A stretch of DNA of 64,000 nucleotides from Patescibacteria group bacterium (GCA_041667185.1 JBAYFM010000008.1:1714-65713), one strand, 5' to 3'. Counted from the stretch's first letter, positions 1-8,855 are shown. Notes: generated from the letters alone by a model not told the origin. A program made the numbers and translations.

Positions 1-3
1 TTC

Positions 4-543
4 ATGGCCGAGGATCCGGAGAAGCTGGCCGAGGTCGTGGAGCGGCGCGAACAGTCGATCTCCGAGCTGCGCCGCCAGCTGGCCGAGGGTCTGCCGGAAC
101 TCCGATCCATGTACGTGCATGGCGGCATGAAACCGGTGGCCAAGTATTACGAGGGGGCCAAGGGCGTGAACATCATCCTGCGTGACGTGCTGCAGACCAT
201 GTCCGAACAGTCGGACAAGCTGTATCGGGTCTACTCGTCGCTCTCGCTCCGCGAATTCCTTTACAAGGATTTTCCCCAGTTCACCAAGGAGCGCATCGCG
301 CGGCAGCTGCGCGTCCGCGTCATCGCCATCGGTCCAGGCGGCGAAGAGCAGCCGTTGGCCGAGCGGCGCTGGTTGTCCGTGAAAGAGGGCGCGCCGACGT
401 ATTCCATCATCTTCGGCGATAAGGTGGCTTTCTTTTCCCGCGGCCAGAACGACCTGCCGCACGGCGTGATCATCGAGGATGCGAACCTCGCGGTCACGGA
501 ACGTCTGATTTTCGATCATCTTTGGGATTCTCTTCCCGCCTGA
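4..543 (+). CDS. TrmB-family transcriptional regulator, C-terminal part (probably 5'-truncated by window)
   Basis: KPVAKYYEGAKGV...IFGDKVAFFS...GVIIED pattern; resembles the C-terminal part of 4747..5487. Confidence 0.7.
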   Translation: MAEDPEKLAEVVERREQSISELRRQLAEGLPELRSMYVHGGMKPVAKYYEGAKGVNIILRDVLQTMSEQSDKLYRVYSSLSLREFLYKDFPQFTKERIARQLRVRVIAIGPGGEEQPLAERRWLSVKEGAPTYSIIFGDKVAFFSRGQNDLPHGVIIEDANLAVTERLIFDHLWDSLPA

Positions 544-548
544 CCTAT

Positions 549-1532
549 ATGAAATCCATCGTGACCATCGGCGGCGGCACCGGACAATTCACCCTGCTCA
601 CCGGCCTCAAAAAATATCCCGTTCATCTCACGGCCATTGTTTCCATGGCGGACGACGGCGGGTCCACCGGCGCCTTGCGCGACGAACTCGGCGTTCTGCC
701 GCCCGGCGACATCCGGCAGTGCCTCGTGGCGCTCTCCGAATCCGGCGTCATCATGCGCGACTTGTTCAATTACCGTTTCGACCAGGGCGCGATCAAGGGG
801 CATAATTTCGGCAATCTGTTCCTGTCGGCGCTCGAAAAGATCACCGGCAGCTTCGAGGAGGCGGTCCGGGTGGCGGGCCTCGTGCTCGCGGTCCGCGGCG
901 AGGTCATCCCGGTGACGACTAGGAACGTCAACCTGGTCTGCGGCGGCGGGCCGAGCCGGGTCTGCGGCGAGGACGCGATCAATTCCATCGCCGTCGAAGA
1001 CAAACAGACGCTGCGTCTCGAACCCGAGGCTTATGCCAATCCCAAAGCCGCGAGCGCCATCGAATCGGCCGATTGTATCGTCATCGGTCCGGGCAATCTC
1101 TACTGCAGCATCGTGCCGAATCTGCTCGTCAAAGGCATCCCCGAGGCGATCCGCCGGTCGCCGGCGGTCGTGGTCTATAACTGTAATCTGATGAACAAGG
1201 CTGGACATACCGACGGCTACACGGTCGGCGATCACGTCGCCGAAGTGGAGCGGTTCATCGGCAAGGGGCGGGTCAACTTCGTGACTTTCAATAATCGGAT
1301 GCCGGAACCGCATCTCCTGGATCGTTATGGCGAGGAGGGCAAGTCGCTCGTGGCCGTCGCCAGTGATGATGAGGATTTTTCCGAGGTGGCCTTCCGACCC
1401 CTGCCGGCCGATCTCATCAGTTCGCGCATCTATGCCCAGAAACCCGGCGATCCGCTCCAGCGGACGCTCATCCGGCATGACCCGGATGTTCTGGCCGCGG
1501 TCATCATCCAGAATTGTCTGGGCGGGATCTAG
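549..1532 (+). CDS. YvcK/CofD-like (UDP-GlcNAc-binding gluconeogenesis factor) protein
   Basis: IGGGTG, DDGGSTG, LPPGDIR, GHNFGNL, IGPGNLYCSIVPN motifs. Confidence 0.9.
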   Translation: MKSIVTIGGGTGQFTLLTGLKKYPVHLTAIVSMADDGGSTGALRDELGVLPPGDIRQCLVALSESGVIMRDLFNYRFDQGAIKGHNFGNLFLSALEKITGSFEEAVRVAGLVLAVRGEVIPVTTRNVNLVCGGGPSRVCGEDAINSIAVEDKQTLRLEPEAYANPKAASAIESADCIVIGPGNLYCSIVPNLLVKGIPEAIRRSPAVVVYNCNLMNKAGHTDGYTVGDHVAEVERFIGKGRVNFVTFNNRMPEPHLLDRYGEEGKSLVAVASDDEDFSEVAFRPLPADLISSRIYAQKPGDPLQRTLIRHDPDVLAAVIIQNCLGGI

Positions 1533-1578
1533 CATTTAGCCGATAGCCGTTAGCTATTGGCCATTAGCTGTCGGCCGT
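1530..1578. repeat. Degenerate heptamer tandem repeat (TAGCNNT-like x7)
   Basis: tagcatt tagccga tagccgt tagctat tggccat tagctgt cggccgt; first unit includes the upstream stop codon. Confidence 0.75.
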
Positions 1579-1595
1579 TGTACACTTTTTGCGTT

Positions 1596-2339
1596 ATGAA
1601 AATAGTGTTTGATCTCGACTATACCCTGCTCGATACCGCGAAATTCAAGGAGGCCTTGGCCGAGGCTTATACCTCCCAGGGCGTGAGCCGCGAGCGGTAC
1701 GAGGAAACTTATCGAGCCGTCGTCAAACGCGAGGGCAAGGTTTACGATTACGATCCCGAGGTGCAATTAAAGATGCTCGGCGCTGATCTTGGCGGACCGG
1801 AGGCTGTCGCCGAGGTCCGACGCCGGATCGGCGACGTGCTGGCTTCGACGGAAAAATATCTGTATCCCGGATCGCGGGAACTGCTGGCCGAACTCCGGCG
1901 GCATGGCGGCAAGCTGGCGCTCATGACGCTCGGCAACGAGAAGTGGCAGCGCGCCAAGATCGAGCACTCCGGCCTCGCCGACCTGTTTGACGAGGTGGTG
2001 GCGACGGAAGACAAGAAAGTCGGCGTCGTGCGGTCGCTCGCCGAGGGCGGCGAACCGGTCATCGTCGTGAACGACAATGGCGCGGAGATGCGGGAGATGA
2101 TGGCGGTCGCTCCGGAATTCAAGTACGTCCTCAAATGCGGGCCGAAGTCCGTGCCGGAGGATCTGAAATTGCCGGAGGGCAAGGATATCGCCGGAGTAGC
2201 TTCCGCACTTGCCGCCGAGACCGGCTGGGAGATCGATCTGGAGCGCCGGGCCGAGAATACGCCGGAGAGCGCCGAAGAGTTCGGTGTCCCGGGCGACGGC
2301 GAGGTTTCGGCCGAGCGGCGGAGCGTGATCAAATTTTAG
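1596..2339 (+). CDS. HAD-family hydrolase
   Basis: N-terminal FDLDYTL motif I; LYPG and GLADLFDEV segments. Confidence 0.8.
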   Translation: MKIVFDLDYTLLDTAKFKEALAEAYTSQGVSRERYEETYRAVVKREGKVYDYDPEVQLKMLGADLGGPEAVAEVRRRIGDVLASTEKYLYPGSRELLAELRRHGGKLALMTLGNEKWQRAKIEHSGLADLFDEVVATEDKKVGVVRSLAEGGEPVIVVNDNGAEMREMMAVAPEFKYVLKCGPKSVPEDLKLPEGKDIAGVASALAAETGWEIDLERRAENTPESAEEFGVPGDGEVSAERRSVIKF

Positions 2340-2349
2340 AATGCAGCAG

Positions 2350-2501
2350 GCGTTACATAGCTGATCTCCACCCCGCAAAGCGGCTGCGCCGCTCGCGGGA
2401 TGTCGATGTTTTATGAGATATATTGCGGATCTCCACCCCGCAAAGCGGCTGCGCCGCTCACGGGGTTCCGGTATCTTATGCGTTACATAGCGGATCTCCA
2501 C
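2350..2501 (+). repeat. 65-bp-period repeat of the downstream gene start (RYIADLH); the first two copies are each followed by a hairpin
   Basis: Copies at 2350, 2413 and 2478; hairpin CCCCGCAAAGCGGCTGCGCCGCTCRCGGG at 2371-2400 and 2436-2465. Confidence 0.9.
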
Positions 2502-3785
2502 ATTCATTCGAAATATTCCCGCGCTTGCTCGCGGAATTTGACGTTCTCGAATTTGGCTGCCTGGGGTTCGGCCAAAGGCATCGATATCCTGGCCACCGCC
2601 GATTTCACGCATCCGAAATGGCTCGCGGAGATCGAGGAAAAATTGGAACCGGCCGAGGAAGGCTTGTTCAGGATTAAGGCTAAATATGCGGCGGAAGACG
2701 GCGATTCGGCGTATGAGGCCGCTCCGCGCGCCTTGGCCGGCCGGCCGGTCAGGTTTTTCCTGTCGACCGAGGTCGCCTGCATCTATAAACAGGGCGGCCG
2801 GACGCGACGGCTGCACCTGGTTCTGTGTTGTCCGGATCTGGCCGCGGTCAAAAAACTGAACGCCAAGCTGGAAGCGCTGGAATGCAATCTCAGGTCCGAC
2901 GGCCGTCCGATCCTGGGACTCTCGGCCAAGGAACTTCTGAAAATTTTATTGGAAGCCGACCCGCGGAGCCTGATGATCCCGGCGCATGCCTGGACGCCAT
3001 GGTTCTCGGTCTTCGGTTCGCAGTCCGGGTTCGATTCGCTCGAGGAATGTTTCGAAGAACTGACGCCGGAGATCCACGCCGTCGAGACCGGCCTGTCGTC
3101 CGATCCGCCGATGAATTGGCGGCTCTCGAAATTGGATGGCGTCATGCTGGTCTCCAATTCCGACGCCCACGGTTTCAAGAATCTGGGTCGCGAGGCCAAT
3201 GTCTTTGACTTGTCCGCGCCGAGCTATCGGGCGATCGCCGATATTTTTCGCCAGCGCGACCGCAAGAAATTCCTCCACACCATCGAGTTCTTTCCAGAAG
3301 AGGGGAAATATCATGTCGACGGCCATCGGGCCTGCGATTTTTTCTGCGAGCCGGCGGAAACGCGGAAGCGCAAGGGTCTGTGTCCGAAGTGCGGTAAGGA
3401 ATTGACGCGCGGCGTTCTGGGCCGGGTCGAAGTCCTGGCCGACCGTCCGGACGGCGTCAGGCCGGCATCCGCCGTTGATTTTCGGCGCATCGTGCCGCTC
3501 GAAGAAGTCGTCGCCAGCGTGCTGGACAAAGGCAAGGGGACCAAAGCCGTGATCGCGCTGTGGCGCAAACTCGTCTCCGAGATCGGACCGGAATTCGACG
3601 TGTTGCTTGATGCTGATCTTAAGACCATCGAACGGGTCGGCGGCGCCAGAGTGGCCGAGGCCATGCAGCGAATGCGCCGGGGCGAGCTGGTCATCCGTCC
3701 GGGTTACGACGGCGTCTTCGGCGAGGTCAGAATCTTCGAGGATCAGAAGACCGGGTCGAACCAGCAGAGCAGGTTGTTGATCTGA
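2478..3785 (+). CDS. Endonuclease Q family protein (PHP domain + Zn finger)
   Basis: ADLHIHSKYS, ADFTHP, PAHAWTPW, ETGLSSDP, SNSDAH, GKYHVDGHRAC, CPKCG, PGYDGVFG. Confidence 0.9.
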   Translation: MRYIADLHIHSKYSRACSRNLTFSNLAAWGSAKGIDILATADFTHPKWLAEIEEKLEPAEEGLFRIKAKYAAEDGDSAYEAAPRALAGRPVRFFLSTEVACIYKQGGRTRRLHLVLCCPDLAAVKKLNAKLEALECNLRSDGRPILGLSAKELLKILLEADPRSLMIPAHAWTPWFSVFGSQSGFDSLEECFEELTPEIHAVETGLSSDPPMNWRLSKLDGVMLVSNSDAHGFKNLGREANVFDLSAPSYRAIADIFRQRDRKKFLHTIEFFPEEGKYHVDGHRACDFFCEPAETRKRKGLCPKCGKELTRGVLGRVEVLADRPDGVRPASAVDFRRIVPLEEVVASVLDKGKGTKAVIALWRKLVSEIGPEFDVLLDADLKTIERVGGARVAEAMQRMRRGELVIRPGYDGVFGEVRIFEDQKTGSNQQSRLLI

Positions 3786-4161
3786 CGATCCGGACAAACG
3801 AAAACGTCCGCATCTTTTTGTGCGGACGCCTTCGTATTTTTGAGAAAAGAGCAGCGTATTTTTGCTCTTGGCCGTCCTCCTCATTTAACCGCCCGATTTT
3901 GGCGGCTTCATGGCGGCCCGTCTATTCTCAATGATTTTGGAGCCCGAGGGGTCCTCCTCTCCGCCTTCGGGTTTATTCCAGCCTTGCGGCCAGGGCTCTA
4001 CTTTCAAGATAGCACGGGTTCTCATACCCGGCGCAAGTACCCTGTCAAGCCCCAGTTAAAATTTGTCGACCGGGTGTCGTAAAATCGGATGTCAACAAAA
4101 AAAACCGCGCTCTCGGGCGCGGCGGTATCGTTGCTGCTGACGGATTTTTTTTGGGCGGTGA

Positions 4162-4347
4162 TCAAGGTCGGTATCCCTTGATGAATTTGACCGCTCTTTT
4201 TCCGAGCTCATCGCTGGCGTCGCCATAGAGGATCTCGATAACCTCGACATCGCCGCCGGTCTGCGGACCCTTGTTCGAGATGCGGATATGATAGGCGCCC
4301 TTCTTGTCGCGGACGATGGTCGCTGAGTATTGTTTGTTGTTGGCCAT
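4162..4347 (-). CDS. Small hypothetical protein (61 aa)
   Basis: ATG at 4347 preceded by GGGAG SD-like sequence; plausible globular sequence. Confidence 0.5.
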   Translation of the reverse strand: MANNKQYSATIVRDKKGAYHIRISNKGPQTGGDVEVIEILYGDASDELGKRAVKFIKGYRP

Positions 4348-4492
4348 GGAACAACTCCCGGGTTGAAGGAACAATAGATTCATCTTCGGCTTCCTGACGG
4401 CAAAAGTCAAAATTTGCCAAGTTAAGGCGGATACGCCATGGACAGCACTGTAAAATAAACTGGCGGGTGGTGAAAAAACGTCCAGTGCCGGG

Positions 4493-4521
4493 TTGACAAA
4501 TCGGCCTCGTTGTGTTATATT
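4493..4521 (+). promoter_or_regulatory. Sigma70-type promoter TTGACA-17-TATATT
   Basis: ttgaca aatcggcctcgttgtgt tatatt. Confidence 0.6.
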
Positions 4522-4746
4522 TCTTCGTTACATCGCGCGTCATTCCAGCAGAGGAACTCAGACCAGATACGGACGGGAGGTGTTCTATGGGTGGAGGTTG
4601 AGAAATAAAAACGACAAGTTCTTTTCCCAGGCATCTTGTTTCCACTCACAGCGGGTGGCCGAAAACGAAAAGGGCGCGTCCTTTCCGTAAGGCCGCCTCT
4701 TTTTTTACCAAAAAACCGGCCAGTGGCCGGTCTTTTGATATCGAAG

Positions 4747-5487
4747 TCAGTGTTTGCCGCCGAGTCCCTGGAAAGCGTATTCGAACAGGATCCAGAGCGC
4801 CCGGGCGAGAGGTTTGCTGTCCACGATGACCGAGTACATCTTGCCTTCGAACGTCACGAGCACGATTCGGTTGCCGTAGATGCCGATGTTGGCTTTGAAG
4901 CCGCCTTTTTCCAAAGGTAGGTATTTCCGGTCGGACTGCACGATATTGCCCGTGGCTTTGCCGGCGTAAATGCCGCGCACCCGGCGGCCGCGGTGTTTGA
5001 GGTTCAGCCGCATCTCTTTCAGGTCTTCGGCGGTCAGGACTTTGTATAAAGCCTCCAGGTCGGAGATTTCGTAGGATTCTTTGGCCGCCGAACCCTGGAT
5101 ATCTTCGATGATCGACTTCAGCCCTTCTTTGCCCTCAAACACTTTCACGATCGGTTTTTCACCGCCGGCCTGGAGTTCGAGATCCGGCAGCAGGCGTTCC
5201 AGGTCCGCGATCTTGTCTTTGATTTCGGCTTCGTGTCGCTTGGCGTAAGACAGGAGTTTGCCCGGCTCTTCGGAAGCGTAGAACCGTTTTTTACCGCGCA
5301 GAAAACTGGACATCAGACCGCGCTCGGTGAGCGAGTCGATGGCCAGATAGATGGCCTGGCGGGAGAGTTTGGCGTGTTTGGCCAGGTCGAGAGCCGGACT
5401 TGGGCCGCGTTCCAGCGCCGCCAAGTAGGTCTTGATCTCGGAATCGAGAAGGCCGAGGGAGCGCAGAATTGGTGAGGCGTCTTTCAT
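4747..5487 (-). CDS. TrmB-family transcriptional regulator
   Basis: N-terminal wHTH (LGLLDSEIKTYLAALE...LSRQAIYLAIDSLTERGL) plus KPIVKVFEGKEG effector domain. Confidence 0.85.
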   Translation of the reverse strand: MKDASPILRSLGLLDSEIKTYLAALERGPSPALDLAKHAKLSRQAIYLAIDSLTERGLMSSFLRGKKRFYASEEPGKLLSYAKRHEAEIKDKIADLERLLPDLELQAGGEKPIVKVFEGKEGLKSIIEDIQGSAAKESYEISDLEALYKVLTAEDLKEMRLNLKHRGRRVRGIYAGKATGNIVQSDRKYLPLEKGGFKANIGIYGNRIVLVTFEGKMYSVIVDSKPLARALWILFEYAFQGLGGKH

Positions 5488-5501
5488 AGTCAGCGCGGCT
5501 G

Positions 5502-6869
5502 TTAGAGGCTCTTGGTGAAGTCGAGGAGCAGATTGCGCTCGGGCGGCGGCAAGGAGGAAGCTTTTTTCTCGATGAAATCTTTGATGTCCTGGGCGGTGAT
5601 GAGCTCCTTGTTTATGAGTTCGATGGCGACGGCCGCGAAGTTCTCGGCGCGGTTGCTCGTCAGGTTCGGGGTTGCGGCGTAAACCCGGTCAAGATCAACC
5701 GCGGATCCGGGTTGGAAGCGGTTGGTGAATTCCAGCCATTTAGCATTTTTGCTTTTTATGAGGCGGCCGTGGAATTCGCGGATATCTTTATTGACCTTGG
5801 CGTGTCGGGTCTCGAAAGCGTTCATTTTTTCGAGCGTACGGACGACCGCGTGGTCATCGGGGTAGCGCTTCGTTCCCTCGACCAGCAGGTCGTCGGAATA
5901 TTCCTGGTCGAATTCCACGGCGTTGCCGTAGTCGATGATGAAGACTTTGGGTCGTTCGGACGCGGAGCCGGCCGGCGGCTGTTCGATCCCGCCCCGGATT
6001 AGGAAATTGCGGTGGTGGGCGTCGCGGTAGGCGAGACCGTTCTGATGGAACAGGTCCATGGTGTTCTTGATCTGCGTGATGATCGCCGAGTCGACTCGGA
6101 AGCCGGATTCGCCCAGGAAACGGAAGATCTTCTCCGAGTTCTCGCTGAAGACCTTGGTCTCTTCGAAGTCGCGCGCGGCCGGATCTTTGGCCTTACCGCC
6201 GGGTGCGTTGAATTGTAGGATCTCGCTCACGGTCTGCATCAGGTCTTCGAAGCGCATGGAGTCGACATCGGCTGCGAGGTGGATGGTCTTCGGATGGCGC
6301 CTGATGATCTCTTTATACAGTCCGATCGCGAGATCGTCGCCTTTGATCAGGTCCATCATGAACAGTTCGACGCGATCCGTCGGCAGATCCTCCTTGGTCA
6401 GGTTGCGCAGGCGGTCCCGGACCGATTTTTTGGTGATCGGCAGGTCGCGGTATAAGTAAGCGCGCGGCACGCTGGCATAGTCTGGATCGTCAGCCTTCAG
6501 TTCGGCGATCTCACGGGCGCGGCACTGAAGGTCGTACTCGCGCTTGCCGACGCCGCCATGGTAGATCTTGATGATCTTGGTGGCCTGGTCCGGTCCCAGG
6601 ATGATGTCGCAAGCCTTGAGTTCTTCGAAGATCTCCGTAGGCAGCTCGTTTTCGTCGAATTTCAGGATGACGCCATTATTGCCCTCGCCAAGTTTGACCA
6701 GGTGCAGTTCGAGCAGGTCTTCGAGCGCCGCGTCGATCCGTCTTTCTTTTTCCGGCGTAGCTTCGGTCTCCAGACCGGTTTTATCGGCGGTTTCGGAGGC
6801 AGCTTCCGGCATGGCCGGACACTCGTTCTCGTGTCTGCCGACGCCGCCGCAATAACGGCATTTTTCCAT
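5502..6869 (-). CDS. Protein-kinase-like (Hanks/APH fold) hypothetical protein
   Basis: LGEGNNGVI Gly loop, ATKIIK, YRDAHHRNFLI catalytic loop, IIDYG; N-terminal CxxC...H..C. Confidence 0.6.
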   Translation of the reverse strand: MEKCRYCGGVGRHENECPAMPEAASETADKTGLETEATPEKERRIDAALEDLLELHLVKLGEGNNGVILKFDENELPTEIFEELKACDIILGPDQATKIIKIYHGGVGKREYDLQCRAREIAELKADDPDYASVPRAYLYRDLPITKKSVRDRLRNLTKEDLPTDRVELFMMDLIKGDDLAIGLYKEIIRRHPKTIHLAADVDSMRFEDLMQTVSEILQFNAPGGKAKDPAARDFEETKVFSENSEKIFRFLGESGFRVDSAIITQIKNTMDLFHQNGLAYRDAHHRNFLIRGGIEQPPAGSASERPKVFIIDYGNAVEFDQEYSDDLLVEGTKRYPDDHAVVRTLEKMNAFETRHAKVNKDIREFHGRLIKSKNAKWLEFTNRFQPGSAVDLDRVYAATPNLTSNRAENFAAVAIELINKELITAQDIKDFIEKKASSLPPPERNLLLDFTKSL

Positions 6870-6987
6870 ATATTTTTTATTCAGCACGGGTAATTCATGT
6901 TTGATACTTAAAATTTTACCATATTTTAGGTCAAAAATCCATATTGACCGGCCTTGGAGCTAAAGGTATCCTAAGCGTTGGATGATT

Positions 6988-7358
6988 CGGTTTGACGGGT
7001 ACATTCAGTACAAATAAAATGGACGAAATACTTGATCATTTTGGCGGACCCTTGGGCTCTTAGCTTAATGGGAAGCCGCGGTTGTGCGGCTTGCGCCGAG
7101 AGGTGGCGGCCTTAGCCGCGCATCTGTAGTGTTCAGTCGCTAGCGCGACTAAACTGCGTCATAGAGCACCCGGTTTGACGAGAACATTCAGAATAAATAA
7201 AACGAACGAGATCCTCGATAATTCTGGTGGACCTGGGCCTGTAGCTTAACGGGAAGCCGTGGTTGTGCGGCTTGCGCCGAGAGGTGGCGGCCTTAGCCGC
7301 GCATTCGTAGTGTTCAGTCGCTGGCGCGACTGAACCGCGTCGTAGAGCAGCCGTTTTG
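6988..7358 (+). pseudogene. Two tandem ~183-bp units: promoter-like sequence + leader + tRNA-Ala 5' half with a 91-bp element in the D-loop
   Basis: GGGCTCTTAGCTTAATGG[7072-7162]AGAGCACCCGGTTTG and GGGCCTGTAGCTTAACGG[7253-7343]AGAGCAGCCGTTTTG. Confidence 0.85.
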
Positions 7359-7416
7359 ACGAGCACTTTCAGAAACTATAAAAGGACGAGATACTTGATC
7401 ATTTTGGCGGACCCTT

Positions 7417-7490
7417 GGGCTCTTAGCTTAATGGCAGAGCACCCGGTTTGCATCCGGGAGACGTGGGTTCGATTCCCACAGGGTCCACCA
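7417..7490 (+). tRNA. tRNA-Ala(TGC)
   Basis: Cloverleaf, G3:U70 pair, anticodon loop TT-TGC-AT, GTTCGA T-loop, encoded CCA. Confidence 0.95.
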
Positions 7491-7516
7491 AAATGATGAA
7501 GTGCATTATCAAGATC

Positions 7517-7987
7517 ATGAATCCAAAGTCCAAAAAACTGACCTTCGATCTCCGCTCGACCTATCTCGCGGTCATCAGGAACAGCGTCGGAACCAAAATG
7601 TTCCGCAATTCCTGTGGACGCGCAGCCGGCCGAGCTGTTGATCTGACCCGGGGCGGGCGCTTGTCCTGCGCATTTTTCGTCACTTCGGTCCTGCGTATTT
7701 TCGGATTGATCAAAGAACAGCACACGACCGTTGGTGGCGCGGTCCGGGACCTGGAACAGAGCGGCTGGCGGCCAGTGAAGACGGCGCGGCCGGGCGACAT
7801 CCTGGTCTGGGAAGCGGTCGTCGGCCAGGACGGCAATCATGAACATATCGGATTTTTGATCGCGCCCGGCGTCGCGGTCAGCAACAGCACTCGCGCGCGC
7901 CTGCCGGCCGAACATCATTGGACCTACGGCGTCCGCGCCGGCAAGCCGGTCCGGCGCGTCATGACGATCTACCGCTGGAACTTCTAG
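7517..7987 (+). CDS. NlpC/P60-like (papain-fold) hypothetical protein
   Basis: LSCAFFV Cys, PGDILVW, HEHIGF His, VSNS. Confidence 0.55.
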   Translation: MNPKSKKLTFDLRSTYLAVIRNSVGTKMFRNSCGRAAGRAVDLTRGGRLSCAFFVTSVLRIFGLIKEQHTTVGGAVRDLEQSGWRPVKTARPGDILVWEAVVGQDGNHEHIGFLIAPGVAVSNSTRARLPAEHHWTYGVRAGKPVRRVMTIYRWNF

Positions 7988-8093
7988 ACCGAGATCAAAA
8001 AACACGCCCGATCAGGCGTGTTTTTGGGGACTGTCCCGGGGTGGAAATGGCGGCGCTAAAATAAGCCATTTTTTTGTTGATGTGCGTCCCCGC

Positions 8094-8846
8094 CTAGCCG
8101 AATTCCGTGCGGCGCGGCGACTGTTCGATGATTTTCAGAGCCTCTTCGGCCGTGTCCACCAGCCGATAGAGTTTTTTGTCGCTCGCCGATACGGCCTGAT
8201 AGCGCTCCTGCACCATCTCGTCGACCCACTTTAGGAACGGCGACCAGAATTCTTTGCCCACCAGGATGATCGGGATCTTGGCCGAGATCTTTTTGGTCTG
8301 GATCAGGGTGATAATCTCGGTCAGTTCGTCGAACGTGCCCCAGCCGCCGGGCATGTAGACGTAGGCCTGGGCGGAGTAGGCGAGCATGACTTTGCGGACG
8401 AAGAAATAGTGGAAGCTGACGCCTTTTTCGACGAACGGGTTGGCCCGCTGCTCGAACGGCAGCTTGATGTTGAGTCCGAAAGAGTCGCCCGGACCGCCGC
8501 CTTCGCTCGCGCCCATGTTGGCCGCTTCCATGATGCCCGGACCGCCGCCCGTGATGACGCTGTAGCCTTTGTCAGCCAGGAGCCGCCCGAGTTTGCGAGC
8601 CTCCTGATACCAGCGGTTCTTCTTCGGGAAGCGCGCTGAACCGAAAATCGTCACGCTTTTTTTGACGTCGGCGAGGAAATTCCAGCCGTCGACGAATTCG
8701 GCCATGATGCGCAACACGCGCCAGTGGAAGGAATTGCGGAAGTCAGCCTCGTGTTCGAAGACCGGCAGCTCGGAAGCCGGGACGTTGAGATCCTGGGCCC
8801 GAGTCAGCGTCTTGGGCAGTTTCTTTTTGGAGGCCTTTTTTTTCAT
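8094..8846 (-). CDS. LOG family (TIGR00730) Rossmann-fold protein
   Basis: TIFGSAR, ITGGGPGIMEAAN, FFVRKVML, PGGWGTFDE. Confidence 0.92.
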   Translation of the reverse strand: MKKKASKKKLPKTLTRAQDLNVPASELPVFEHEADFRNSFHWRVLRIMAEFVDGWNFLADVKKSVTIFGSARFPKKNRWYQEARKLGRLLADKGYSVITGGGPGIMEAANMGASEGGGPGDSFGLNIKLPFEQRANPFVEKGVSFHYFFVRKVMLAYSAQAYVYMPGGWGTFDELTEIITLIQTKKISAKIPIILVGKEFWSPFLKWVDEMVQERYQAVSASDKKLYRLVDTAEEALKIIEQSPRRTEFG

Positions 8847-8855
8847 AGGTCGTAT

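Noticed and set aside
4587-4601. UGA-to-Gly recoding (code 25) suggested by ATG GGT GGA GGT TGA
   Set aside because: Conserved genes (ileS, glmS, ruvA, rnhB) end properly at TGA and contain no internal TGA.
7054-7358. Functional tRNAs with group I or archaeal BHB introns, or a tmRNA
   Set aside because: Inserts are too short for group I, no clear bulge-helix-bulge was seen, the copies lack the 3' half, and there is no tmRNA signature. Splicing is kept only as a testable alternative.
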